From positions 371,509-435,508 of the forward strand of contig JAVCBU010000012.1 of NCBI GenBank assembly GCA_037917685.1: DNA of 64,000 nucleotides, read 5' to 3'. This document shows positions 39,940-48,776 of this stretch, in pieces; within the stretch, counting starts at the first letter, position 1, and the number at the start of each line of letters is the position of its first letter. This stretch comes from Thermoproteota archaeon (GTDB lineage: Archaea; Korarchaeota; Korarchaeia; Korarchaeales; JAOZGB01). The position numbers and the translations under genes were made by a program. A model generated the notes under the pieces. It was not told the origin of the DNA, did no database searches, and worked only from the letters and a program-made list of their open reading frames with translations.

Positions 39940-40869
39940 GTGAATTTAGAGTTAAGTAAACTTTTATACGTAGCACACTGCATAGCAGGCTTCATAGCTG
40001 GCACCATATCTGGGGTGTTACTGCTACCAGGATACTCGGCTTTGGCGCTACTAGCATTCCTGTACAGTCTTACTTCTGCGCTATCGTTAACCACCATTAT
40101 ATGGAAAAAAGGCGCAATGCCACCTATGAGCAAACTATATAGAGAGGGCTTATTTACAACACTTGCCATATTTATAGCGGTTTGGGTAGTCTCGTATAAT
40201 CTTGGAGGAGCCCATCCTATAATCGTTAAAGCAGAAGTTATGATTGAGAAACCACAGATCTTAAAGTGGACAAATGGTGAAATGCTATCACCCAACGAGA
40301 ATGTGAGCTATGGGTACAATTCATGTTATATGGTAGAGCAATATCCAAATGGAAGTTTTAAATTGATACTTGGCAAGTACTACGAACAAGCAACAGGAGT
40401 GTTCGAGTTCTCCAATCCTGTAAACGGTGAGATACTGGTTTGTGACATTAACAGGCTGTCATTTACTCTAGTATCGATCTTAAATACTTGTAAAAGTGGT
40501 ATTTTATGGGGGTCTATTAATATCACAGCTGAAGTAGGAGACAACGCTGCAATAGTCAGGTTAAAACTTGCTGAAAGCGAAGTTTCTGAGAGGATATCAG
40601 TTGGGGATATTAAAAGTCTTTATATCGAAAAATTGGATATCAGTCTTAGAATTGAGGTTTTAGGAATAGACGGAAACTGTACACGTTTAAAGATATATGG
40701 AGAAGAATTTAAAGGTTCCACCATCAATCTGAGCATGGGGAAATTAAACTATAATGTTGCAAGTCTTGTCGTTTTTCATGACGGCAAACTTTATGTCTTC
40801 TATTCTCAGCCATACATTGTTAAGGACCTGCTTAAAATCGATGATGCCTATTTGGTGATTGAAAGTTGA
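39940..40869 (+). CDS. EMC6/Rab5ip-like 3-TM domain fused to a beta-rich soluble domain
   Basis: AG.I.G.L.L.G....L...Y and LY.EGL......F...W...YNL pattern matches EMC6/OPTI as recalled. Confidence 0.6.
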   Translation: MNLELSKLLYVAHCIAGFIAGTISGVLLLPGYSALALLAFLYSLTSALSLTTIIWKKGAMPPMSKLYREGLFTTLAIFIAVWVVSYNLGGAHPIIVKAEVMIEKPQILKWTNGEMLSPNENVSYGYNSCYMVEQYPNGSFKLILGKYYEQATGVFEFSNPVNGEILVCDINRLSFTLVSILNTCKSGILWGSINITAEVGDNAAIVRLKLAESEVSERISVGDIKSLYIEKLDISLRIEVLGIDGNCTRLKIYGEEFKGSTINLSMGKLNYNVASLVVFHDGKLYVFYSQPYIVKDLLKIDDAYLVIES

Positions 40870-41228
40870 ACTACAAGCTCATGGAAGACTCTAAAACTGA
40901 GAAGTTCAAGATGGACCCACAAGATCTTCTCTACTATGTCGTTAAAGCAGTCGAAAAAATGGGGTACGAGTACACCATCAGCACTGAGGGGTTTCCAGGA
41001 GCTGGCCTACTTCGGATTGTAAAAATCAAGGACTCAGATGTTAAATTTGTCATATATGGATTCGGCGAGGACACATGGATAGAGATGGGGCCTGTTTCAA
41101 AATACACGGAGATGATTTCAAGGTTTATGTTCGAGCTAATAAGTATTCTCCCCAAAAAACCGTGGAATAGAATAACTCGAAGATTTTGGGTGAAAAGATG
41201 GCCCATACTTAAGGATTTAGGTGAATAG
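40866..41228 (+). CDS. Hypothetical protein
   Basis: 120-aa ORF overlapping both neighbours in an operon-like run. Confidence 0.65.
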   Translation: MNYKLMEDSKTEKFKMDPQDLLYYVVKAVEKMGYEYTISTEGFPGAGLLRIVKIKDSDVKFVIYGFGEDTWIEMGPVSKYTEMISRFMFELISILPKKPWNRITRRFWVKRWPILKDLGE

Positions 41229-41433
41229 AATGGTTGAGGATCACGCCCATTGTCTGGTATGCGGAAAAGTAATATCTCCAGGGAGAAAGTTTTGTTCTTC
41301 AAAATGTGAAGAAAAATATCTTGAAAGGAAAGCTTCACTTGAAAGGTCTAGAAGGATGATCAATATATTAATGCTACTTACACCGGTCTTACTTGTAATA
41401 TACATAGTAATAGTGAGGCTGTGGGGGGTATGA
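41221..41433 (+). CDS. DUF2116-like Zn-ribbon protein with C-terminal TM
   Basis: HAHCLVCGK.I.....FCS..C then hydrophobic tail. Confidence 0.8.
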   Translation: MNRMVEDHAHCLVCGKVISPGRKFCSSKCEEKYLERKASLERSRRMINILMLLTPVLLVIYIVIVRLWGV

Positions 41434-41810
41434 AACTCGGTAAAAGAAAGGGGACCACGACAATAGATAGAGCTAAACTCCTGTCGTTAAAGCCTAAACC
41501 ATCAAGTAATGTTAAGTGGGAAGTTTACGATACGGGTGAAGTGGCGATAATCATAGAGAGGAAGTACAGAGGTAGACTTGGAGAGATACTGGCGACAATA
41601 TTTATGCAACCCAAAACGAGGAAAATAGTATTAGATGAAATAGGCTCCTACGTTTGGAAATTGCTTGATGGTAAAACCTCAATAAGAGAAATGATAATAA
41701 AAATCTCCGAGAAATTTAAGATGTCAAAAAGAGAAGCAGAGGTCTCTCTAATAGCCTTCCTGTCGGACCTAGAAAAAAGAGGGGCGATAACTGTCGCAGC
41801 CCTACCCTAA
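41430..41810 (+). CDS. PqqD-family protein (RiPP recognition element)
   Basis: LDEIGSYVWKLLDGKTSI.E....I...F.......E..L..FL..LE.RG.I; ATGA overlap with the upstream stop. Confidence 0.85.
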   Translation: MKLGKRKGTTTIDRAKLLSLKPKPSSNVKWEVYDTGEVAIIIERKYRGRLGEILATIFMQPKTRKIVLDEIGSYVWKLLDGKTSIREMIIKISEKFKMSKREAEVSLIAFLSDLEKRGAITVAALP

Positions 41811-43630
41811 TATGGTGTTGCCCATATTAGTCTCGGGTAGAACATTAAGGCAAGGTAGAGTATCTGTACTATTGAAACCCCTGCAAAGATGCCTGCAGCG
41901 ATGCTAACCACGTACCTGTTAACCCATTCTTCTCCGAACACCTTAGCCATTATTTTCTTTGAAATTATAGCAGCTAGATATGTAAACATAAAGAGGGGCG
42001 GGCTTCCAAGCCCAGCGTACAATCCTATAGCAAACAGGTAGGTTTTAGGCCATACGCTTAAAGCAAACCCTACTATGAAGCTTGGTATTATCAAGGAGGG
42101 CTTCAATATAAGTTCAAGTTTCTTTGTAATCCATATATTTTGAAGTATCAGCTGTGGTATCCAGAATGGAACCGGGAACACGTCGCTAGGAATATTATAC
42201 AGCCTCCAGAATATGGATATTATTAGGAGACCCATTATAGTACCAATCCCCCATCCCAGAATGTCTGCTTTCAGTATACTTGTAGGCTTTGTTCTAGTGA
42301 TCTCGGCTGCTTTAAATCCAATACCAAGCGTTAATCCGGCAGATGTTATAAAACTAGGGGCTACAAACCATCCAGCAACTCCATCGTAGAATTTAACTCT
42401 CATGAACTCTGTTAGGTAAGGTATATCTACAACAACGAGGGCTTGGCCAAAAGTATATCCGGAGATAAGAGTGAAGAATATTGAGTATCCGATAGCCGCT
42501 AAAGCTAGCCAAACCGGGTAATCCGGAGCAAGGACTTTTGTTATAGCTATCGAGTATGCGTAGCCTCCTGCAAGCATCAAAATAATAATGTTTAACGGAA
42601 CTAGACCACTACCCTTAATGGATGAAATTCTTTTTATACTTCTAACGCCTCTTGGTAAAAGTTTTACAGAAGTTATAAGGGGAGGTATAGCCAGTGCAAT
42701 TGCAAATCCTATATTTGGACTTACCCAGAAATGAAGCATGCTATCCCTCAGCAACATGGTCCAAGATTCTTGCGGAATCCAGGGTATTATCCCCTTACTG
42801 ACGAGTAACGGATTAAATATGAGTTGTGATATTAAAGAAGAGATTATATAGCCGATCATGTAAGGTGTTCCAAGCACGAGTGCCACCGCATAATCTAGTG
42901 CGGTGGGGTAAAAGGTGATCATGGCCCCTGGAAGCCGTGTACTAAGCGTAGGGGTAAGGTCAAGTGCTGGTTGAAGTCCCATTATCACCGTTATAATTAA
43001 TGTATAGGCTGCTGAGGCTGAAGCTGCTATGGAGAAGATTCTGAACCTCGACGGGTCTCTTCTCCCGCTCATATCCAATGCTAGTTGGCCTGCGATAGCA
43101 CCAGTAGGCCATGGAAGCTTCTCTTCAACGATGAATATTTGCCTTACAATTAACCCTATTCCCCATGACGTTAGAAAACCAAACAGACCAGATAATATTA
43201 TGAGCGCTATTGGGATTAAAAAGTCTTCATGGAATAATGTCCTAGATAATACTGCTTCGGACGATGGAAGGGGGGCAACCCAGTCTGGTATTTTATCTGC
43301 TATCCCCATCATTGCAGTAATAGGACTGGACCTGAAGAAAACGTAGTACATGAGGCCTGTACCTGCTAAACTTGTTACTGCTGCTGAGGCGCTCCATCTT
43401 ATAGTTGCTAGTTCCTGAGCTGTTAGCGATCCCCCGAATATTCTAGCTATCTCTCCAAATAGTACCATTGCCATGAATGCCGCGGCTATACCGAATGCTC
43501 CTATTCCCGCCAGGATTGCCCACACCATTACTGGGGCTAGAACTATGCCTGTCACTATCGTGATTAGTATAACTCTATACGTGAAGCCTTCCCTATATAT
43601 TACTTCTTCATTACTATTCATAAGTCGCAC
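41807..43630 (-). CDS. OPT-superfamily oligopeptide transporter-like membrane protein
   Basis: G.T.R, LT.QE, EEKLPWP.G, AAG..AG; about 14-16 TMs. Confidence 0.72.
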   Translation of the reverse strand: MRLMNSNEEVIYREGFTYRVILITIVTGIVLAPVMVWAILAGIGAFGIAAAFMAMVLFGEIARIFGGSLTAQELATIRWSASAAVTSLAGTGLMYYVFFRSSPITAMMGIADKIPDWVAPLPSSEAVLSRTLFHEDFLIPIALIILSGLFGFLTSWGIGLIVRQIFIVEEKLPWPTGAIAGQLALDMSGRRDPSRFRIFSIAASASAAYTLIITVIMGLQPALDLTPTLSTRLPGAMITFYPTALDYAVALVLGTPYMIGYIISSLISQLIFNPLLVSKGIIPWIPQESWTMLLRDSMLHFWVSPNIGFAIALAIPPLITSVKLLPRGVRSIKRISSIKGSGLVPLNIIILMLAGGYAYSIAITKVLAPDYPVWLALAAIGYSIFFTLISGYTFGQALVVVDIPYLTEFMRVKFYDGVAGWFVAPSFITSAGLTLGIGFKAAEITRTKPTSILKADILGWGIGTIMGLLIISIFWRLYNIPSDVFPVPFWIPQLILQNIWITKKLELILKPSLIIPSFIVGFALSVWPKTYLFAIGLYAGLGSPPLFMFTYLAAIISKKIMAKVFGEEWVNRYVVSIAAGIFAGVSIVQILYLALMFYPRLIWATPY

Positions 43631-43632
43631 CT

Positions 43633-46600
43633 CTACTTAGATTCTGCTCTTTCCCTTTTTACCTTATAAACTACTCCTGTGTATCTTGATTTCTGCTCAG
43701 GGGTTAAGCTTCTCCACACTAGACACTGTTTTCTTATCTTGTCTACGAACTTTTGCACCGCGTGTTTCCATGGTGACGTAAGCCCTCCAAGCCTTCTCAC
43801 ATAGACGTCCATGGAGCAGGTTCCCTCCTTCGGTATTCTGACATTTATCTTTATAATGTTCATTATTCCCTGATCCCACGGTCTGTGCCTTGTATACGCC
43901 ACTATTGTTTTAATACGTTCTGTTTCTGTTTTTTTCTCCTCCATCCATAGCTTATCTGACGTGAATTCCTCCTCTTTTTCTGTCCTGTGTACCTCAAGGT
44001 ATTCGTAGATATAGTTCATAAGTCCGTCAATCTCTATTCTTGCTGGTGCAAATGGGAGAGGAATGAACCATTCGTCCCCTTTGGGTGGTGGGATCTTCCA
44101 TTTCCTCATAACTCCTGGAGTTACAAGTTTTGATGCTACTCTCATCGGATATAGTGTTGAAGCGAGGGTTGTTAGGAGGACGATTAACATGGAACCTGGT
44201 ATCCATCCAGATGTGAAGTTGGGGTGCAATGTTTGGAGGATGTTCAGGGCATCGAATATTATATGGAGTCCTGTGCCCAGTATATATCCTAGCATTCCTC
44301 CTATCAGGCCTACAGTTACTGCTTCGGCTATGAACAGTCCTGAAACGTGGGTCGGTGAGAGGCCTACCGAACTATATGTGAATATCTCAGGCTTCCTTTC
44401 ATAAACTGCTGTTATCATCGTGTTGAGCACTGTAATTATTAGTATTCCCATTAAGACAGTTAACATTGGGAGCCCGAGGGTCATCTGTTCGAATTTAGGC
44501 GAGTATTCCTCGACTGTATTATTGAATCCCATATATACGTGCATCTTATATCTAAATGCCATATCTAACGCTGATTCTCTCATCGCATCGATTGTTACGT
44601 TGGGTTTTGCTTTGATGTATACTTTTACGATCATTCCTCCAAGCTGATATGCTGTTTCGGCGTGCATTATTACAATATTCTCTGGTAGCAGAAACTCTTC
44701 TTCTCTGGCTGTTACTCTTCCTCCTATTCCTACTGATAGTTGGGCTGGCCGCTTAGGATACCCGTCAAAGTCTGTGAGTTGTACTAGATTTTGATCGTCG
44801 ATTATCCCCTTCACGTGGAAGCTTAGTCCGTAAATGTTTATTGTGTCGCCAATATCTATTTCTAGGGACTCTGCTAGGGCTTTACTAAGTATGCATGCTC
44901 TGTAGTCGTCTTCTTCTAACCATGAACCTTTAACTATTGTTGCCGCCATCCCGGATGCTTCTCCCTCCCATGGTGTTACACCCCAGAGGGCGTTTATCCC
45001 GTATTTCTCGCCTGTCTTTTCAACGATAAAATCTATTTCACCTGTGCCTACTGGGTATGCCCACACCGTGAACCCTATATTTCGGACTATTTCGTATTTT
45101 CCGATTGTTTCGTAGAACTTTCTGCTTAGGGGGTTCCATTGTTCGCCTCGTATTAGGAACCCATTGTAAGGTATTTTTCGCTGTGTTCCTGTAATGTATG
45201 ATGGTAAGAATGCTGTAGATATTGATACTGAGGAGACTAGGGCTCCCGTCACGACCATTATTGATATGATTGTTAGCGCGCTTCTGAGTCTTCTTTTCTT
45301 CATGTTTCTTATTCCAAGTACGAATGCAGCCATTAACGCGCCTAGCCTGCTTATTTCCGATGCATGTATTCCCATTTTAGATTCTCTTTTCTCTCTGAAA
45401 AGGGTAAGTAACTCTCCTATCATCAAGACTAGTGCCACTATGCTGAATAGTGACATTGAGAAGACTAATATGTTCATGCCTAGGTTGGGGGCTATCCTGA
45501 AGCCTGGATGTATCACATACATTAGAGCCATAAATACGGCGAAGATTATTACGATTGTTTGTAATGCTTTCATGGTTTTTTCATGTTCGAATAGTAGTCT
45601 TTCTAGGACTACGGCGAAGGGTAGTAGGAAGAATAGAAAAGTGAAGCTGCTATTTGTGGCTCCCTTTAACACTTTCATAACCTCAAGATAAGCGTTTATA
45701 TAAAATCCCCACGCTGTCTTTGCATCTATTCGGTGCATTATGTAGTCTCCCCATTTCCAGTCCTCGATTGCTATTTCCTCGTATTTTTCACCATTCTGAA
45801 CGTAGAGGTATGTCATTGGAGTGTAAAGCTTGCTCTTGTTACATATCTCAAGCCTATTTAAAACTATGTACTTAAGGTTCCGCGCTATTTTAAGTTCCTG
45901 CTGTTGAAACATCAAAATCTTAGCATCTTCTACTAGGTAACCGTATCCATCTGGATTGTCAACAGTGGCATTATTAAGTATGCCGGAGATCTGAAGTGAC
46001 GGAATGAATTTTAAAAACATAAATTCGTATCTTTTCCCGGGAACAAGCATCAGCATGGTCCACGTAGGCAGGTTAGGATGCCCCTCGTTTAAGAAACCTA
46101 CGTGAGGTAACACCATATTGTGGGTGGGGTATTCAAGAGGTTGAACCTGCAGGGATGCATACTGAATTCTACGTTCGTTTGGATCTAGACATTCATAGAA
46201 TAAGACATATCCGGCACGAAATACATTCACTTCGATCCTATATGCAGATGATTTCATGGAGAATATTACTTTAGTAAGGCTGTTTATTCCTGTGATGTCT
46301 ATTGCATATTCAGGCGGGCCCTCGGAGGGATCGTCCTTAAATGCCATGATGACATAGAAGTTTTCAGATTCAGGTTGGAGACCATAAACCTTGAAGAATC
46401 CTTTTTCGTCGGTTTTCACCGTTTCGAAGAATAATGTGAATACTTGTGCTTCTCCGGTCCTTGAGCTTTCTGCTAGGATGACTAAAGAGTTTGGTACTGG
46501 CACGTAACTATCGTTTGACGGATTGTACATTGAAACTCTGCCTATTAAGGTTGCGAATCCGAGGTGGCCGGAAAGTCTATAGGGTCCTTCTACTCTATTC

Positions 46601-48027
46601 GGAAGATCTTCCCATGTCGCTAACCTGTATGCGATGGCGAACGTGGCGTGTATTGGCTTATAGTTTTCATGCAGGTTTATCTTTTCAATAGTATCTGAGG
46701 GAGTGCCGTATGCAGATCTTATGTCTTCAGGCATTCTGTCGGTTATGCTAAATCCTATTCCCCCATATATGGTGAAGACTTCGTGTTCGGAGTACGATAA
46801 ACCACCGTGTTTTTCTAGAATATATTCATCGTATTCTAATAGATATTCTTCTCCAAGTTCTAATGATAACTGGCCCAGAATAGATTTTATCTCGTCTATG
46901 AGGAATTCTATCCTCCTAGATATTCTCTGTTGCTGGAAATAATATAGGTTTCCAGCATCATAAATAGATATTGCGTTTTTATAGCCAGAAACGTCTATAC
47001 TCATAACAACTTTAACATTACCTAGCTCTTCAAAATGCTCGTTAACATAGGCTCTAGCGCCAATACAGGAGTATCCAACTCCGTGACCTGAAAAGGCGGC
47101 AAATATAACACGCCTATAAGGATTTATTTCGCTAATAAATTTAGCTAACTCAAGAAACACGCCGACAGATACAGCTTCACTTGCACCTGGACTTAGAGAT
47201 GGTACTAGGGTTTGAGAGTCAAAATGCGTTGATAATAGGATGGCTTCATCGTTTACCCTGCCTGGGACTTCACCTATTATGTTCTTTATTATTCCATTCT
47301 CATATTCCATTTTGACCTTGACAGTGGCGGTAATCATTTCTCCGTTCTCTAACCTGTCCTTAAGTTCCAACCCTTTGCTTCTTGGTATGATAATGCGGGG
47401 CACATCTAATGGAAGTATGTAGAATGCTTTCTGGGTAATTTCGTCTAGGGTGTACTGCTCTGGTCCAATGAATACTATAGCTTTAACGCCAAGTTTTATT
47501 AGTTCAGCCCAGTCATATTTCACGTCAAATTCGACCAGTGCAATAGCATCCTTGAAATTCTTATTCTGCAGATCGTCTGAAGAGAGTTTTCCAGCGTAAA
47601 CCAATGGACCTGTTATCCCGTTTTCCGGGGTGGAACATGTTTCTACCCCGTTTGGTCTAAGTGCATAACACTGAATTTCTTCTGTCCCCTGAGTTTGAAT
47701 TGTAAGGGTAGATCCGTAATCCTTTAGTATTGTAGCATTATAGTATTCAACCTGGACTTTTAACCCGTATTTTCTGAGTGTTTCTTCCACGTACTTAGCT
47801 GCAAGGTCGTATCCTTCTGACCCTGGCACCCTTGTAGGTAGGCTGGAAAGGTATCTTGCGTGTTCTTCTATTCTTGTAATGTTAATTTTCGAGATTATAT
47901 CACTCCATTGGGAGTTTGCTATGACACCTGAAGCTGTGTAATTTGCTTTAAGCATGAAGATGACTACAAGGATCAATTGCATCAGTAGGAGTTTAATGTT
48001 GGATCTGCGTTTCAGCTTTACCACCAC
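43633..48027 (-). CDS. 1464-aa fusion: signal peptide, M28 peptidase-like + PA domain, beta-sandwich, TMs, MacB/FtsX-type permease
   Basis: RVPGSEG, GITGPLVYAG (PA), STHFDS, TDEKG.F, RNMKKRRLRSALT, AVYERKPEI..YSSVG, LFIAEA. Confidence 0.85.
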   Translation of the reverse strand: MVVKLKRRSNIKLLLMQLILVVIFMLKANYTASGVIANSQWSDIISKINITRIEEHARYLSSLPTRVPGSEGYDLAAKYVEETLRKYGLKVQVEYYNATILKDYGSTLTIQTQGTEEIQCYALRPNGVETCSTPENGITGPLVYAGKLSSDDLQNKNFKDAIALVEFDVKYDWAELIKLGVKAIVFIGPEQYTLDEITQKAFYILPLDVPRIIIPRSKGLELKDRLENGEMITATVKVKMEYENGIIKNIIGEVPGRVNDEAILLSTHFDSQTLVPSLSPGASEAVSVGVFLELAKFISEINPYRRVIFAAFSGHGVGYSCIGARAYVNEHFEELGNVKVVMSIDVSGYKNAISIYDAGNLYYFQQQRISRRIEFLIDEIKSILGQLSLELGEEYLLEYDEYILEKHGGLSYSEHEVFTIYGGIGFSITDRMPEDIRSAYGTPSDTIEKINLHENYKPIHATFAIAYRLATWEDLPNRVEGPYRLSGHLGFATLIGRVSMYNPSNDSYVPVPNSLVILAESSRTGEAQVFTLFFETVKTDEKGFFKVYGLQPESENFYVIMAFKDDPSEGPPEYAIDITGINSLTKVIFSMKSSAYRIEVNVFRAGYVLFYECLDPNERRIQYASLQVQPLEYPTHNMVLPHVGFLNEGHPNLPTWTMLMLVPGKRYEFMFLKFIPSLQISGILNNATVDNPDGYGYLVEDAKILMFQQQELKIARNLKYIVLNRLEICNKSKLYTPMTYLYVQNGEKYEEIAIEDWKWGDYIMHRIDAKTAWGFYINAYLEVMKVLKGATNSSFTFLFFLLPFAVVLERLLFEHEKTMKALQTIVIIFAVFMALMYVIHPGFRIAPNLGMNILVFSMSLFSIVALVLMIGELLTLFREKRESKMGIHASEISRLGALMAAFVLGIRNMKKRRLRSALTIISIMVVTGALVSSVSISTAFLPSYITGTQRKIPYNGFLIRGEQWNPLSRKFYETIGKYEIVRNIGFTVWAYPVGTGEIDFIVEKTGEKYGINALWGVTPWEGEASGMAATIVKGSWLEEDDYRACILSKALAESLEIDIGDTINIYGLSFHVKGIIDDQNLVQLTDFDGYPKRPAQLSVGIGGRVTAREEEFLLPENIVIMHAETAYQLGGMIVKVYIKAKPNVTIDAMRESALDMAFRYKMHVYMGFNNTVEEYSPKFEQMTLGLPMLTVLMGILIITVLNTMITAVYERKPEIFTYSSVGLSPTHVSGLFIAEAVTVGLIGGMLGYILGTGLHIIFDALNILQTLHPNFTSGWIPGSMLIVLLTTLASTLYPMRVASKLVTPGVMRKWKIPPPKGDEWFIPLPFAPARIEIDGLMNYIYEYLEVHRTEKEEEFTSDKLWMEEKKTETERIKTIVAYTRHRPWDQGIMNIIKINVRIPKEGTCSMDVYVRRLGGLTSPWKHAVQKFVDKIRKQCLVWRSLTPEQKSRYTGVVYKVKRERAESK

Positions 48028-48079
48028 ACATGTGGTTGGGATTTTAATGTTAAAAATTTAACGGAGTAATCCTTGATAT

Positions 48080-48718
48080 ATGGCTACCCCTTTTATTGTC
48101 ACCTATTTGGGAAACATTGTTAGGAAATGGGAAGCTAAAGGATCAGAGATCATTATTGATCTTTCAAGCAAGATTAACCGTATCGCCTTTTTTACAAAAC
48201 CTATCGGTTTCGGGTTTGGAGAGCACGAAGCAGTCTTCGTCGGATTTTATACCGTTGTGCCACCAGAAGCTATGGACAAGGATAAATCTGAACTTTATAG
48301 AAGGTTAAAGCCTTTAGAATGTGAACTTACATGGTGTGGACTACTTAGAAAGAAACCTTACTGGAGTCCTTTTATAGGACTCAAGATTTTCAGCGAAAAG
48401 ATAGGTTTAAAGCCGGATAGCTTATTACGTAACATGCTCTTAGAGAATGCTGAGATTAACAGGTTAATAAATCGAATTAAACCAGAAGAAGTATGGATTG
48501 CTCTTGACTCCGGAGTATCGCACATAGCTGGTGGAGTAGAAGATACTGAAAACGCTGCTCTAGAATACTATAGGAATCCAGAGGAGGTTAAATTTGTAAT
48601 GTATGTTTCAAAACTGTGTGAAATTGCCATGATATCGAAGGAAGATACTTTAGATATATTAAGGCTTATGATAGAGATCGCCGAAACGATTGATGACATA
48701 GTGGAAGAGTTAGGGTAA
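48080..48718 (+). CDS. Hypothetical protein
   Basis: 212-aa ORF divergent from the fusion gene; no family recognised. Confidence 0.65.
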   Translation: MATPFIVTYLGNIVRKWEAKGSEIIIDLSSKINRIAFFTKPIGFGFGEHEAVFVGFYTVVPPEAMDKDKSELYRRLKPLECELTWCGLLRKKPYWSPFIGLKIFSEKIGLKPDSLLRNMLLENAEINRLINRIKPEEVWIALDSGVSHIAGGVEDTENAALEYYRNPEEVKFVMYVSKLCEIAMISKEDTLDILRLMIEIAETIDDIVEELG

Positions 48719-48776
48719 GCTCGTTTTTAGACCTTTGCCGTAGTAACTTTTAAAAAACTTCGAATGGTAAAATGAG

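Noticed and set aside
40866-41433. RiPP precursor peptide next to PqqD
   Set aside because: The small ORFs look like a globular hypothetical and a DUF2116-like Zn ribbon; no leader/core pattern and no modifying enzyme nearby
48048-48062. Palindrome GTTAAAAATTTAAC (similar to about 2786-2800) as a regulator site
   Set aside because: More simply explained by back-to-back TATA elements of divergent promoters
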